A DNA stretch of 63,470 nucleotides, filler included, from Olpidium bornovanus S191 (GCA_017911155.1; 30 parts of 30 records of this genome joined end to end with filler, not necessarily neighbours in it), one strand, 5' to 3'; shown: positions 23,333 through 36,270, numbered from the whole stretch's first letter. Numbers and translations are program-made. Notes: a model not told the origin generated them from the letters alone.

Positions 23333-24447
23333 ATGGCGGCGCAGCGGAATCTCGAGCGCGCTGCAGGCGCCGTGATGCTGCCGCTGCTGCTGCTGCTGGC
23401 GTCTTTGCTGCTGCTTTCGCCTGTCGCGAACGCCACGGACCTCACGTACCGCCTCGCCGCGCACGAAAAGGCCTGCTTCTATGCCTGGGTGGACCAGGCG
23501 GGGAAGAAGGTTGCGTTCTACTTCGCGGTGCGTCAAACCGGCGCGTGAGACGGGCCGCGTTTGTGACGGCAAGCCCTTTGCGTTTTTTTTTTTAGTCTGT
23601 GAAATAGTTCCCGGCGTTTGGCTTGGTGCGGTATCCCCTTGCTCCGGAGCCCGGCTCCCGCAATCTCGCCTGCGGAAGGTCCTTTTTACTGGGCCCGGCT
23701 CCCGCAATCTCGCCTGCGGAAGGTCCTTTTTGCTGGGGAAGAGAGGATTATCCTGAGGTGGTTCAACGGAAGTGCGTCTACAAATTTTATTGGAGAATTC
23801 CAAGGAAGGCCGACTGCCGTGTGTTTGGGGTAGAAGTCAGTTCTTCGTGAAAGATAAGACTTTTTTCGGTTTATGTAAAAATCTGACACCAGAAACGAAA
23901 TTTCTATCTCCCACACCACGCTGCTGCGTTTGGAAACACTTCTCACCAGGTCCAATCTGGTGGTTCCTTCGACATCGACTACACGGTGGCGGACCCGAAG
24001 GGCAGGCAACTCATGTCGGGAGAAAAGGAGCGGCAGGGCGACTATTTGTTCACGGGGAACGAGGTCGGCGAGTACACATTCTGCTTCTCGAACGGCATGT
24101 CCACCTTCGCGGAAAAGCTGGTCGACTTCAATATCTATGTGGAAAACGAGCGCAAGCCCGCCGTGTCCGACGCAAAGAAAGTCGTCGGCGGGCCCGGGGC
24201 CGCGGATGAACACACGAACAACATGGACGAGATCCTCTTCCGGGTGTCGGGCCATATGTCCAGCATCTCCCGCAAGCAGAAGTACTTCCGCACCCGGGAG
24301 CACCGCAACATGGCCACGGTCCGGAGTACCGAAAACAAGATCTTCTACTTTTCCTTGGCCGAGAGCGCCATCATCGTTACCGTCGCTGTCCTCCAGGTTT
24401 TTATTGTCAGGGCCTTTTTCGGTACCACCAAGAAAGGGCGCGTATAA
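23333..24447 (+). CDS. p24/EMP24-GP25L (GOLD) cargo receptor, gamma-like (exons 23333-23527, 23950-24447)
   Basis: Signal peptide; HEKACFY...FYFA|VQSGGSFDID; EYTFCFSN; QKYFRTREHRN; C-terminal TM then FF...KKGRV*. Confidence 0.92.
23649..23736. repeat. 44-bp tandem duplication inside the p24 intron
   Basis: GCCCGGCTCCCGCAATCTCGCCTGCGGAAGGTCCTTTTT(A/G)CTGG at 23649 and 23693. Confidence 0.9.
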
Positions 24448-26032
24448 GGCCGCCGACTCTCTCTGGATCCAGAAACAAAGGAAGGGCTGCCGCTTGCCCT
24501 AGGCACCCTGTTCTGCTTCGGTACGTGGGCGCCCGAGGATTGGTATCAGCTTGGAACCTGGAAGTCCGGGACCGGAGGAGATCGCCGCCTATTGTATGTT
24601 GCCGCAAAGACCTATTCTACTCCTCCACCGTTTTGCGCCGTTCGGCATCGAGTTGGCAAAAACAACTATGATGAACTGTGAGCTCATTCGGCAAGCGGAA
24701 TGTTTGCAAAGGCGGAAAACATCCGCTCCAGAACGCGGCGAAGAAATGGCACGCCAACAGTTAAGTGCTGCTGGATGATGCTGGCGTCAGGTTGACCACG
24801 CCCGCCGTGATTGCCGGTGAAATTTTTCTGGCGGATTATATAGCACACGGCATGCGCCCAATTAGCTTCGGGTGGCAGGAACGGCAATCATGGTGGACTG
24901 CAAATTCATCCGCCAGCAAACGCTCCCCAGTTGCGGAAAATCGGTTTGCCAGAAAGGGGATGAAGGTTGGATTTTTCAACTGCGGGTGCTGCCGGGCGAT
25001 GCTGGCGTTAATTGGCCACACCAGCCGTCATTGGCCGACGAAGGAACCTGCTGGCGGATGATACCCCGCGCCATGCCGCCTCGTGTGTGAGCTTCTCGAT
25101 GTCAGACATGGGACGCACCGCAAAAATGTAACAAAGTAAAAATTGTGTCTGTTCCGGACACCTAAATTTGCAGAGAAAACCGGCCGAAACTCGACCCAAA
25201 TTAAAATGCCGCTTTGACGCCCGTCAGCATCGCTTTCGCGTTGGAGATTTGTGCGTTGCGCCAGCCAAAAGGAAAGGTCGTCCAGTGAACTCGAGCCGCG
25301 CTTGGCTACCTTGCGGGCTCCACGACCTTGCTTTTGCGTCCAATCTGGCGCAAACCTTGTTCCTTCCCACAAACAAACGACATTCCCTCGCAAAAAAGGA
25401 ACAAGGAAAGAAGCATGTCTTGTTTTGCACACTGCTTTACCTATTCCACGGCAAGCTCTAGACGTCTGGCCCAAAGCACAGATACCGGTAGAAACCCACT
25501 CTAGGGTGGCGGGACGTCGCTTTTATTTCACGCGTACAGAAGCTGCATGACAGCTTAAGGGAAAGTAAGCTCGACGACAAAATTACGACAAAGGGGCCGG
25601 ATGGACAAACGGGGGCGATAGAAGAACCGGGACGTAAAACCGTTACACTTCGGAAGCTACGGAATANNNNNNNNNNNNNNNNNNNNNNNNNNNNNNNNNN
25701 NNNNNNNNNNTTAATTAATTAANNNNNNNNNNNNNNNNNNNNNNNNNNNNNNNNNNNNNNNNNNNNCATGCAAAGATTGAAAGCGGAATTTTATTCATTT
25801 TTCTTGTTTTTTTTCCTTTGCGATAATCAGGAAAAACAATGTCAAAAAGGGAATTTAAACTTTTTTTTTGTTTTTGTCCAGGGCGACTTGCGCAGGAATT
25901 GGACCTGCCTTGTTTTACTCACAGGGCCGGAAACTGACCAACTTAACCAAGGGGAACTTCCTTTTGCGCGTGAATTAAGGGGGCGGCGACGGGAAGTGGG
26001 GAACAAAGAAGATACCTAAAAATAAAAATATT

Positions 26033-26037
26033 AAAAA
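26033..26037 (-). terminator. Pol III oligo-T terminator of the tRNA
   Basis: TTTTT immediately follows the discriminator base on the minus strand. Confidence 0.7.
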
Positions 26038-26120
26038 TGAGGAGAAAGGGATTCGAACCCTTGCCTCCGAAGAGATCAGAGCCTTAATCTGACGCCTTAG
26101 ACCAACTCGGCCATCTCCCC
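26038..26120 (-). tRNA. tRNA-Leu(AAG), intronless, type II
   Basis: Acceptor stem GGGGAGA/TCTCCTC; TGGCCGAGTTGGTCTAAGGC D-arm; TCAGA-TTAAGGC-TCTGA anticodon arm; long variable arm; GGTTCGAATCC T-loop. Confidence 0.95.
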
Positions 26121-26954
26121 ATCCAGACAGACGTCTGCAGTCCGCCTCGCTTTTATCAACGTTCCGAACTCAAAAGGATGCCCGGCCGCTTTAAATCTGC
26201 CAGGGAAAGTGAGGCGGGAGTGAAAGTGGGGGCGGCGGGAGTGAAAGTGGGGGGGGGAAAGGCGGAGAGGGAACGCATTTGACGAAAAGCGCAGACGCCA
26301 GCGGTTTCCTTTTTTTTTCTTTTCTTTTTTTTTGCGTTCGCGAGAGAGAGCAAATGCCGGATTTCGGTTTTTTCCTTTCCGGTCAGGAATAAAATTGACC
26401 GCCGGTCCTCCCCCGGTCGCGCGAAAAGGCGACGAGTCGAACCGGGAGCGGCAAAAAGCAACGAAAAAACCCACTTCCCCCCCCCCCCTGCAGAGTTTCC
26501 GGCCGCCGCACGGCGGGACCCCGGGGAGGCAGAAAGTGAGGGGGGAGGTGGTGGGCGGGTGCGTCCGGGAACTGCGCCTCGTCCCGTTTTCCCACATAGG
26601 AAAATTCCGGATATATACATATAAAGAGACGGGAATGTACACGGTTTTTGGCGGAGAGCGACGAATAAAAACGATTTCGGACAAGTGAAAAAACGCAAAA
26701 GGAGGGAGGAAGAAGGAGGGGCGGTTGCAAAGAGGGAAATGGAGTCCGCGCGCGCGCGCGCGCGTTTCTTGCTTTAGAAATACGCCGCAGACGGCGAACA
26801 GGGGGAAAGAGACAGAACATGGGGGGGAGGGTGGAAGGGGGGAAAAGGGGGGGAGGGAGGGGCAGAGCGGGACGAAAGGAAGAACGATGACGGCAAAAAA
26901 AAAAAAGATAAAAAAGGAGTGAGGCGGGAACCCCCCGCCCGAGAAGGGCGGCGG

Positions 26955-28094
26955 TCACCCCGGGTGGTTCAGGTGAAGCACCTTCTCGGCGCTGCGCGGC
27001 AGGCGCAGGAAGTCGAGGGCGCCGGCGCCGGCGCCCGCCGCGGACGACGGCGGCGGCTGCGGCGGCAGGTCGAGATTGTACGCCTGATGATGCTGCCGGC
27101 CGGCTGCCGCCGCCCCGTCGGCCGACTCCCAGCCGCTGGCGCCTCCGGCCGCTCCCGGGCCTCTTCCTCCTCCTCCTCCGAGGACGGCGTCGGGCTGGGC
27201 GGCGAAGCCGATCGGGAGGTTCGCGCGGTCGTCGTCCTCCGGCGCGCCGCCGGCGCCCAGCCTGGCGCGGAGGACGTCGTTCTCGCCGAGGAGCGCCTCC
27301 ACAAGGTCCTCCAGCTGCTTGCAACGGTCCTTGAGCTTGTCGTGCGACACGAGCAGGTCGGCCTCCCACTTGCTCTTCTTCTGCCGGTACTTGGCCGACG
27401 CCAGCCTGTTCCGCGCCCGCCGCTCGCTCGCCGAGAGCACCACCGCGGGCCCGCCGCCGCCGCCGCCTCCGCCGCCGCCCTCCGCGCGCCGCGCGGAGCT
27501 CCGTTTCGCGGCCCCGGCCGGGCCGCCGCCCGCGGCCTTGTTATTGCTGTTAGCGGCGGCGGCGCCGTTGCCTCCCGCAGCGGCTCCGGGACCGGCCTGC
27601 GGCTGCTGGGGGTGCTGCTGCCTCATGATGTAGGACACGTCAGACGCGGCGTGCGGCGGGGGAAAACCGTACGGGAGCGCCACGTCTTCCTTCGGGCTCG
27701 TCGTCTGCGAAGAGGCGTAGCCCGCGGACAGTGCGTCGGAGGATGATGCCGGGGACGACAGCGGGCCCACGAACGTGTCGCAAAAGAGCTGCTGCTGACG
27801 CTGCTGCTGCTGCTGCTGGTGGAGGTGGCGGTGGTGGTGGTGAGCCTCCGAGGACGGCGACGGCGCCAGGAGCACCTCGATGTTCGAAATGTCCGGGACG
27901 ACCTCCGCGTGCCGGAGGGAGCCCGCCCCGGGCGCTCCCGGCAGCGCCCCAAGCTCCGCGCCGTGGCCTGCGGGGAGCCGCAGGAACGCGATCCCCGCCT
28001 GGTGTGGGTGCTGCGGGTGGAGGAGGTGGTGGTGGTGGTGGTGTCCCAGCACGAGGCAGTGGTCATCGCCGGCCCCGCCGGCGGGAGCCGTCAT
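26955..28094 (-). CDS. Intronless bZIP transcription factor (ATF/AP-1-like), His/Gln-rich
   Basis: ERRARNRLASAKYRQKK basic region followed by a leucine heptad (L..SHDKLKDRCKQLEDLVEALLGENDVLRARL). 379 aa from ATG 28094. Confidence 0.88.
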   Translation of the reverse strand: MTAPAGGAGDDHCLVLGHHHHHHLLHPQHPHQAGIAFLRLPAGHGAELGALPGAPGAGSLRHAEVVPDISNIEVLLAPSPSSEAHHHHRHLHQQQQQQRQQQLFCDTFVGPLSSPASSSDALSAGYASSQTTSPKEDVALPYGFPPPHAASDVSYIMRQQHPQQPQAGPGAAAGGNGAAAANSNNKAAGGGPAGAAKRSSARRAEGGGGGGGGGGPAVVLSASERRARNRLASAKYRQKKSKWEADLLVSHDKLKDRCKQLEDLVEALLGENDVLRARLGAGGAPEDDDRANLPIGFAAQPDAVLGGGGGRGPGAAGGASGWESADGAAAAGRQHHQAYNLDLPPQPPPSSAAGAGAGALDFLRLPRSAEKVLHLNHPG

Positions 28095-29100
28095 GAACAA
28101 ACAACACCCTGGCGGCGGCGGCCTCCTCTGCGCCCGCGCAACAACGAGGGGCGGGTTTGAAACCCGGCGACAAGGCGTCCGGACCAAAAAAAAATGCCAC
28201 CACTCCCTCTTCCTTTTTCCCCCGGTCGCACAAAGCAGGAGGGCGGGAGTTATCGCGCGGAGACGCGACGGCCCCCGGGGGTGTGTTGGGCGCGCGTGTT
28301 TGTGTGTGTGGGGGGGGGAGGGGCAGGGGGGAGGGGGTGGCTGTGGTTGCTTATTTCCGGCTGGCGCGCGCGGAGGTTGATTAAGCGGCCGAAGGTTAAG
28401 GCCAGGGGGAAGTGAGGGGGGAGGAGAACGGGAGCGACGGACCAACGGCGGACGGACGCGGCGGGGGGCGCGCAGCAGCGGGTTCGGGGGGGGGGGGGGG
28501 GGGGGGGCGGGGGGGGGGGGGGGGGGGTGCCGACGGGAGGAATGTGGGAAAAACGGAGCCAGGGGGGAAACGCCAGAGAATTTTTTTGTTTTTCGCGCGA
28601 ACTCGGGGGGTCTTTCCCCCTCCCCCCTTTCCCCTTTTCCTTCCTGCTCCCGCCGCGGCTGGGCCTCTTTTTCTTCGCGTTTTTTTTAGGAAGGCGCGGG
28701 GTTGCGGGGAAGGGGGGGGAGAGGGGGAGGATGCGTGCTCGCGGCCGGTTCTGACGCGAGAGACGCGGCGGAGGTAACGAAGAATCCCGCTCGCGCGCGT
28801 TCGTTTGGAAGGGGGAGGAGGAAGAGGGAAGGCGGAGGGTCGTTTCGCGTCAAATTGCGTTTTTCTCTTCGTTTTTTTCTATCTCATCCCCCCCCCCCAC
28901 CTTCATCCCCCCAGTCTGGATTTTGCGCAGCACACACGCGTCCCTTCCTCCTTCCCGCCCTCCCGGCACGTGGGAAATGCACCCCTGCCCTCCTCCCCCA
29001 NNNNNNNNNNNNNNNNNNNNNNNNNNNNNNNNNNNNNNNNNNNNTTAATTAATTAANNNNNNNNNNNNNNNNNNNNNNNNNNNNNNNNNNNNNNNNNNNN

Positions 29101-30488
29101 CATCTCGGTAGACGGCGCTCTGGCCTATTTCAGAAATCAGCACCGGCAACCGCAGAGCTCGCAGCTCGGCGTCTCGTTTTCCCGCAAACTCTATCCAGCC
29201 GATGCGTTTGGCCAGGTCATGGGAGGACATCCACTCCAGCAGGCAGTCCGCCGAGACGCGCAGAGAGTGCTCGCGCGCCGGCGCCAATGACCGGCGGCCG
29301 TCCTCGCTGAGGAGCGGGCTTACATGCGCGCCCTGGAGGCTGACCGCCGCGAGCGTGGGCTCGTCCAGCGCCGAGAACGCGGAAAAACCGGGCGGCGGAT
29401 CGGCGCCGCCCGCGTCACGCAGAGCCCCGGCCGCGGAAACCGGCGACTCCGCGAACGCGGAACCGTAGGCGGCGTCGGCCGCCATTTCCGCGGCAGAGGA
29501 GAGCGGGTATCCGCGCTGCACGCCGTCAAGAAGGAAGCGGGCCATCAACGGGAACCTGCGCGGATCGATCTCCGTGCGGAGCGGCGAGTCCTTCGCCTGC
29601 TGCCGAAGGCGGCTGAAGAACGAGTAGAGGTGATCGCAAACCGGACGATTGATCACGCCGACTCCGGTCAGAACCCTGACGGCGTCGTGCGGCTTGCGGA
29701 TCCAGCCGTCGTTCAGCAGCGAAACCTCGAGGCCGCGGTTCCGCATCGCTCGCGACAGTTCGCCGTGCTGCGGGTCGACTGTCAAAAATATCCGGAAGTC
29801 CGGGTGCGGCCTAACGACCTTGACCTGGCCGTCGACGAGACCGCGTTCGTTGACCAGGAGCACGCCGTCGTTCTCGAAAACGGAGTTGAGCCGGTCAAGC
29901 ACCGATGGGCTGCACAGGTTAGCGTTGTCTATCAGCACCCAGTTCCCCTGCTCCAGAGCGGAGAGCAGGACGCCGTCTATCCATTCGAACTTGCCGCTGA
30001 CCGAACCGCTTTCCAAGCTTTCGAGGACATCGAGCCGTCCGCTTAGCATTCGAGCCCGGCGTTCCGCGTCCCGAGCTTCTTCCGGAGCGACGCCGGCGTC
30101 GCCGATGAGCTGGAGGGTGTCCAACAAGACTTGCCGCATGCCCGCAAGGTCTGTGGCGTCCCTTGACGCTGACAGACCGCGGCGGAACGCGAGTTCGAAC
30201 ATGCGGTCCGCGAGCTTCTCCGCGCCGGAAAACGCCGGTGCCGGCGCCGCCGCGCGCCCGCGCACGAGGACGGCTTTGACCGCCGCGGTCGTAAACCGGC
30301 CCAGAAGGTCCAGCGCCTTCTCGCGGTGCCGCGCCAGGTCGACCTGCTCGAAACCGCCCAGAATTTCCATGGTGTCCACGCTGCCGTTCATCGCGAACTC
30401 CTCCAGGCGGTTGCCCGTGATCCGGGCCAACAGGCGGACGAGGCTCGTCTTTCCAGAACCCGACGGCCCCGTTACGATGCCCATCCAG
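29101..30488 (-). CDS. MDN1: Midasin (Rea1) AAA ATPase, internal fragment
   Basis: GPSGSGKTSLVRLLA, DTMEILGGFEQ, GKFEWIDGVL, WVLIDNANLCSPSVLDRLNS, PHPDFRIFLT and GELSRAMRNRG. Confidence 0.94.
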
Positions 30489-30599
30489 NNNNNNNNNNNN
30501 NNNNNNNNNNNNNNNNNNNNNNNNNNNNNNNNTTAATTAATTAANNNNNNNNNNNNNNNNNNNNNNNNNNNNNNNNNNNNNNNNNNNNCATGATCTGCC

Positions 30600-32402
30600 G
30601 CGGTCGCAAGGCGTCCGGGGGAAAAACTAAGGTATAATCCTTCCTTTGTTTATTAATCTTGGCGGTGAGGAGAACTATCCTACGTGTGCTCGGCGGTCCT
30701 TTCGATGCGCAAAGCGCGCACGTGACTAGGGGGCGCCAATTTTCTCCAACAGCGGCCAGGAACTCCCCCCAAGACATCGAGACTTCCTGCTTGAAGAAAC
30801 GTCCTTCCACAAATGACTCGACATCAAACCCCTCTTCGACCTCGCATCGAAGGCGCCCTCGAGGGACCTTGTCCTTAGCCGGGTCCGGTACAGCTTCCTT
30901 CTGGCCATCTTCCCGTTCCTGCTGGCCGCATGGAAAGGGGGTGTCCCGCCCCTTTCCCGTGCCAGCTCCACGTAAGCTGGGCTGGACTATCGGCGCTTGA
31001 ACTTCGACCAGCGGCCTCGCATTCTTCGCCGTGCGGTTGTCGGCTCCAACCCGTGTTCGCTTCTCGTCAACCCATGCGTTGATATTGTTGCTGACCGTCT
31101 GCTCGTGTCTTCCAGGCAGGCCCCACTCGCCGAAAACGCTCCCCTGGCCCCACTCAAATTCTCCCTCAGCTCTATACCCCCATTCACCTCGTGGTTCATT
31201 GTCCTCCCGCTCCCGCAGCTGGATCGCGTAACCACGCGCGGACACACCGCCCGGCGGGGCCCCAGGCATTTGAGGCCCCAGTCCCCGCTCCTCTCGGACG
31301 ATCTGACAAATTCCCCCTCTTCCGAACCTTACCCCCAGCACGCTCCCGCCCAACCTGCAGCCCCTTCTGGCCACCAACTGGACGGCTCGCGCATTCAACA
31401 CAGCCTGGAAATCGGGGCATTGCGCCCGCTGATGACCCGGCACATCGCACCAGATGCACAAGTCTCTTTGACCCTGGTCTTGCTGGGCTGGCGGGCCCTG
31501 AGGGAACCCTTGATCCGGCCGTCCCATCGAAGGTCTCATCGATGGTGTTGCCTCCAGGGCTGCTGAGGCCAGCAAGCAGTTGAGATCCAGTCTAAGTGCC
31601 CCCATCTGCCGGGTAAGTTTGTCCATCTCCGCTTCCTTCCCTGGTCCCCTTTTGGCGCCGGTCTCTTTGGGGCCCCTTCTGTCAGCGACTGGTCTTGCCT
31701 TGTTTCCACGTCGGAGACCGCCGTCTCCACCCTCCAAAGCAGCCTGTCACCCCGCGACATTTCACAGACGACCTCGGTCACCCGCGCCCAATCTTCCACA
31801 AGGTTCTCACCATCGCGGAGCCTTTTCATCGCCTCTGTTCGCCTGTTGGCCGGCAGCGCCCGGAGCAGAAACTCCGTGCGGTCGTTGAACCTCGCCTTCT
31901 CGCGCTGGTCGAGCTGCTTGGACTTTCGTTTAAACTCGCGCATTACCGCTTCCGGGTTCGCGCCGTTGCGAGGCGCCTCGACCCATTCCATAAAGCGTCT
32001 TGGCGTCATCCTTGCTAGGTCTGTAGACCTGAACGTCTTCCTCAGCCTCTCCTTCACATCCTTCCAGGACCCGCCCTCTGTTCCAACTGCGACTCGGTCA
32101 TCGCAGTCCTCGTGTACTGTCAGCCTGAAATACCGGAGGAGTTCCGCGTCAGAGAGCTCCCATTGGCGCACCGCCGTCTCAAACTTCCTCAAATAAGCCG
32201 ATATGTTTTCTTCACGGAACAGCCCTTCGTCCTTAATGAATTGGACTGTTGCCGCGCGGACTTCCGCAGACCGCATTTGCACGGTGAGCGCGCGCACGTC
32301 GAAAGGTCCGGCCTCCATCGTCGCCTGCTCTTCGTCCCCGGAGCACTCGCGTACCGGCTCTTCTTGCTCTCGCGTCCCGTCTGTCCTGCCCGGGAGCACC
32401 AA
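30600..32402 (-). mobile_element. LTR-retrotransposon gag (frameshifted) with CCHC zinc knuckle
   Basis: FREENISAYLRKFE capsid-like start in ORF 31536-32402. The overlapping frame carries CIWCDVPGHQRAQC (Cx2Cx4Hx4C). Frameshift near 31650-31700. Confidence 0.75.
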
Positions 32403-32919
32403 TTTGTCGGGGGGACTTTCGACTCCGACGGGGTTTTGGCAGGCTTGAACGGGCAGTTGTGGGCTGCTTTACGCGTGCAGTTCGCCACAGGTACGGGTGA
32501 CCGCGGGACGCTGAAGCTCCCTCTTTACGGTCGTCAAAGCCTTCTTCGACGCGAGCACCGGCACGCTCCCCTCATTCCCCACTGCTGCCCTCCAACCCCG
32601 GGAGCTGCCGGCCGCTCGCTCGGGAGCGTCGCAGTCGCAGGCGGTCGGAACTAGACAGCTCTGGGGCCCCGCGGGAGACCGCCGATGCGCCTTCGAAGAG
32701 TGCTACGTTTGTTTATATTTGTTTTCTTCGGTTTTTGCGAGTGGGTGGGGGTGTCGGGGGGGGCTTTCTTGTTACTGCACCGTGCGCATTAATCGCCTGA
32801 CACCGGTGATAACCCCCATTACCCACACCACTGTATCCCGGGTGATACGGCCGTCAAAAAGCCGGTGATACGTGAAAACCGCTCTCTAATGGTTTGACAT
32901 CCCCTAATAAACCCCGGAG

Positions 32920-33277
32920 AACGCCCTCGTGAAAACAAAGTTCCATTCAACAAAGCGGATTTCACAGGCAACTATCAGCAACATGTTGAAAGGGCCATCC
33001 GCGCAACCTAGACGCAAAACAGCAGCGGGCAGCCCAACAATTTGAGCTGGAGGAGGCCCGTGCCACTTGGGTGCTTCGGTGGCAGGACCGTAACGTTGCC
33101 ATCAACGGCCAACTGATCAACGCAAAGGCGAAGGCATTTGCAACACAACTTGACATCTCTGCGGATGCCCTCGAGCTCTCAAACGGATGGCTTCAACGAT
33201 TTCAACAATGGCAACCCATCCCGCGCACCAAATCCCTAGCCCGCGCATCCCTCGTAGCTGAATACAGGTTTGTCTAA
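32920..33277 (+). pseudogene. pogo/Tc5 (CENP-B-type HTH) transposase N-terminal remnant
   Basis: KRISQATISNMLK (first HTH), then after a frameshift ELEEARATWVLRWQ..AINGQLINAKAKAFATQL...LSNGWLQRF (HTH_Tnp_Tc5 pattern). No DDE domain. Confidence 0.72.
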
Positions 33278-33737
33278 GCTTATAATAAATAAAAGTCACG
33301 GAGGGCTTTAAACGGACGAGCGTCTCGGACCGACGGCGATCTTAGGTTGCCTGGGAGATCGGAGAGAACCAGAGTGCTAGGTCGCATTACCCGGAAGTAC
33401 CGTGTGCCTGGACCGTGTGCAGTTGTGCGTTCCGCAGACCAAGCCTAGAAATTCCCCACCCGACGGTCCGTTTCGGATCTCGGCAGCTACGACGCGGCGG
33501 AGGCAGGCGGCCGCCGCGCTTACGTCCTATTCCATGGGCAGCGGCGCACGGCGTCAGTTCACGGCTGCGTCCACTCGGCCGTGTTCTCTCTTTCCCCGTT
33601 TCCGCCCTTGTGTTCCCCACTCCCGACGCAGCACAACCCTCGCCGTTTTTGCCACCACCCTCCTGCAAAGAGACGCGACGCCGAGCGGGAGGTTGACGAC
33701 GCCTATACCCCACGTCCCCGGCCGCCCGCTGAACAGC

Positions 33738-35741
33738 ATGCAAGAAACCGAGGCCGGACCGGACGCAGAGACTACGCCGGCCGGCGAGCGGACGGTCGGC
33801 GACAGCCGCGGTGCTCCGCTGCAGGCGCAGCTGGAGGCGTTGCGGGCGGAGAACGAGGCGCTGAGGGAGGAGAACCGCCGGCTGACGGCGGAAGCGGGTA
33901 CGGCGGCGCGGCGGCGCGGGGCAACGGAGAACGACGAAAGGGAAGCGAAGGGCGAGGAGGAGGAGGAGCAGCGAAGGCCGGTTTCGGCGGCGTTCCCGGC
34001 GTGTTCGCGCGCGCACTGCCTGACGAACGCGGAGGTCGCCAGGTACAGCAGGCACTTGATCCTTCCCGAGTTCGGCGTCGCGGGCCAGGAAAGCCTCAAG
34101 AAGGGCAGCGTTCTCGTCGTCGGCGCGGGCGGTCTGGGAGCGCCCGTCATTCTCTACCTTGCTGCGGCGGGAGTCTGTGCGTACTCGCCCGTTCTCTGCC
34201 GGCGGACAACACCGCGGCGGTCAGGCAGCGCCCGGTGAGCCGTTGAGCTGGCTGCCGTTCAAAATATGCTTCAGGCGGCCCCAAATCAGCCACTTCCCCC
34301 GCCACCTTCCCCGCCGCCTCCGCCGCCCGGTTTGACGGACCCCTTCATGCTTTTTTTCGCCCGCGTCCAGCCAAGATTGGGATCGTGGACCACGACACTA
34401 TCGACGTGTCGAACCTTCACCGGCAGGTCATACACGACGAGGCCCGAGCAGGCACTTCGAAGGCAAAGTCTGCGGTCCTTTCCGCAAAGCGGCTGAACTC
34501 TGGCATCTGCGGCGTCCCGTATGAAGTCGTGCTGGACAACTCCAATGCCATGGAAATTCTCGCAGAGTGAGTGCCGAAAAGTACAAAAAGAAGACCCCGA
34601 AGCAGCGGCCAACGGGTTTCCCGAAATTGTCGCTAACGCGAACGTCGTCGCCTTATATCTTCTCGGCGGCGGTCAGCTACGACGTGGTCGTGGACTGCAC
34701 CGACAACCCGGCCACGCGGTATCTAATCAACGACGCATGCGTACTTCTCGGCAAGCCCCTCGTGTCCGCGAGCGCGCTTCGGACGGACGGCCAGCTGTCG
34801 GTTCTCAACTTCCGGGGTGGTCCGTGCTACCGGTGCCTCTTCCCGAAGCCGCCCCCGCCCGAAGCCGTCATGTCGTGCGGAGACGGCGGGGTCATAGGAG
34901 TCGGTAAGAAAAAACGGGCTCGGCCGGCACGCACCAGGGTAGCCAATTTGGCCCCCTTCCTGACGACGGCCAACGGCGACTGACCCGAGCGCGGGATTTT
35001 CGCCCTAGTCCCTGGGATCATGGGCTGCCTAGAGGCGCTGGAGGCGATCAAAATTCTGATGCACTTGCACGCCGCCGCCGAGCGCGAATTACCCACCGTG
35101 CAGCAGGGCATTCTCCTTTTCTCCGCGTTCCAGGACCCAATGTTCCGGTCTGTGCGCATGCGGGGGCGCAGCCGAACTTGCGCCGCCTGCGGCGACGCGC
35201 CGACCATCACCGCCCTGCTGGCAGACTACCCGGCCGCGTGCGGCGGCAGGTCCGCCGACGACGCGCCCATCGCCCTTTCCGTGCTGGCCTGCGACGAACG
35301 AGCGTCCGCCTCGGACCTCGCCGAGGCCCTCCGCCGCGGGGGCGGCGGCGGAGACGGGACTGCCGTCGTCCTGGACGTGCGCGACCCTGGGCACTTTGAA
35401 ATCTGCAGGCTGGCCGGGTCGCTCAACGTTCCTTTCAAGCAGCTGGAGAGGCGGATCGGCGAGGTGAAGGAGGCAGCGGAAACCGCGGACCAAGGTACGT
35501 GTCGCGTCCGTCACGCCTACCTCTCTGAAGTTTTTCGCGCGCCTCGCTGCTCTTGGCTGAAGGCGAAAAAAAAATAATGCGCGCCCGTATAATCATAGTG
35601 TTCGTGGTTTGCCGCCGTGGGAACGATTCCCAGCTTGCGGTGCAATTGCTCAAGGAACACGGGATGTCGAACGTGCGAGACGTGGTCGGCGGTTTGACCG
35701 CATGGTCCGAAGGTGTCGACCCCGGATTTCCGACGTATTAG
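33738..35741 (+). CDS. UBA4: Adenylyltransferase/sulfurtransferase MOCS3/Uba4 (ThiF + rhodanese), apparently complete, multi-exon
   Basis: [79 protein letters not shown] and [14 protein letters not shown]. An in-frame upstream ATG (about 33534) is possible. Confidence 0.95.
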
Positions 35742-35959
35742 GATTCCTAGACCCAAATTTCGCCGCCTGTCTCTTTGGGGCCGGGAAGAGGAGGGAGGGG
35801 GCGGGATTCGGCACTTTCGCCTCCTGCAATGCGTATGGCCGGCATAGATAGATGCAAAGGGTATATTTCCGTATATTCAATATCTGTTTTGATGTGTCGA
35901 ACATTTTCATAGTACATCCAATACTTCTCCCCAGACCGAGTGGCCCAGTACATCTCGAA

Positions 35960-36261
35960 CGTTGTGGACGTTGGTTATGCGAAGTAAATTTCTTGCTGGC
36001 CCGGTTGTCCCGAGAAGAAAAAAGGGGTGGCGAAACCAAAACACTTTGATCAAACGGGCGGCGTCGCCGCACGTGACCCCGGTAAGCAAAAGCAAAAGGC
36101 GGGCGCTAGCGAGCGAAATAATGCAAGAGAGCAACGGTGCAAAAGGGCGAAACGATGCAAAGGAGTCGAAATCGAAGGGAAATCGAGGGGAAATGGGGTT
36201 CGAAGCTAGGATAATTGAAGGCGGGGGTCAATGTCCGCCGAGGCCATTTTGGGCGCCGACA
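35960..36261 (-). mobile_element. Partial copy of the LTR-like repeat found at 54488-55193
   Basis: Reverse complement begins TGTCGGCGCCCAAAATGGCC and shares GGGGTCACGTGCGGCGACGCCG and TCAAAGTGTTTTGGTTT with 54488-54760. Confidence 0.78.
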
Positions 36262-36270
36262 CCGCTTCGG

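Noticed and set aside
35895-36261. Complete 367-bp solo LTR (TGTCG at 35895 to CGACA at 36261)
   Set aside because: The flanks (GATG vs CCGC) give no TSD and similarity to the 54488 copy fades near 35960, so it is treated as a partial copy.
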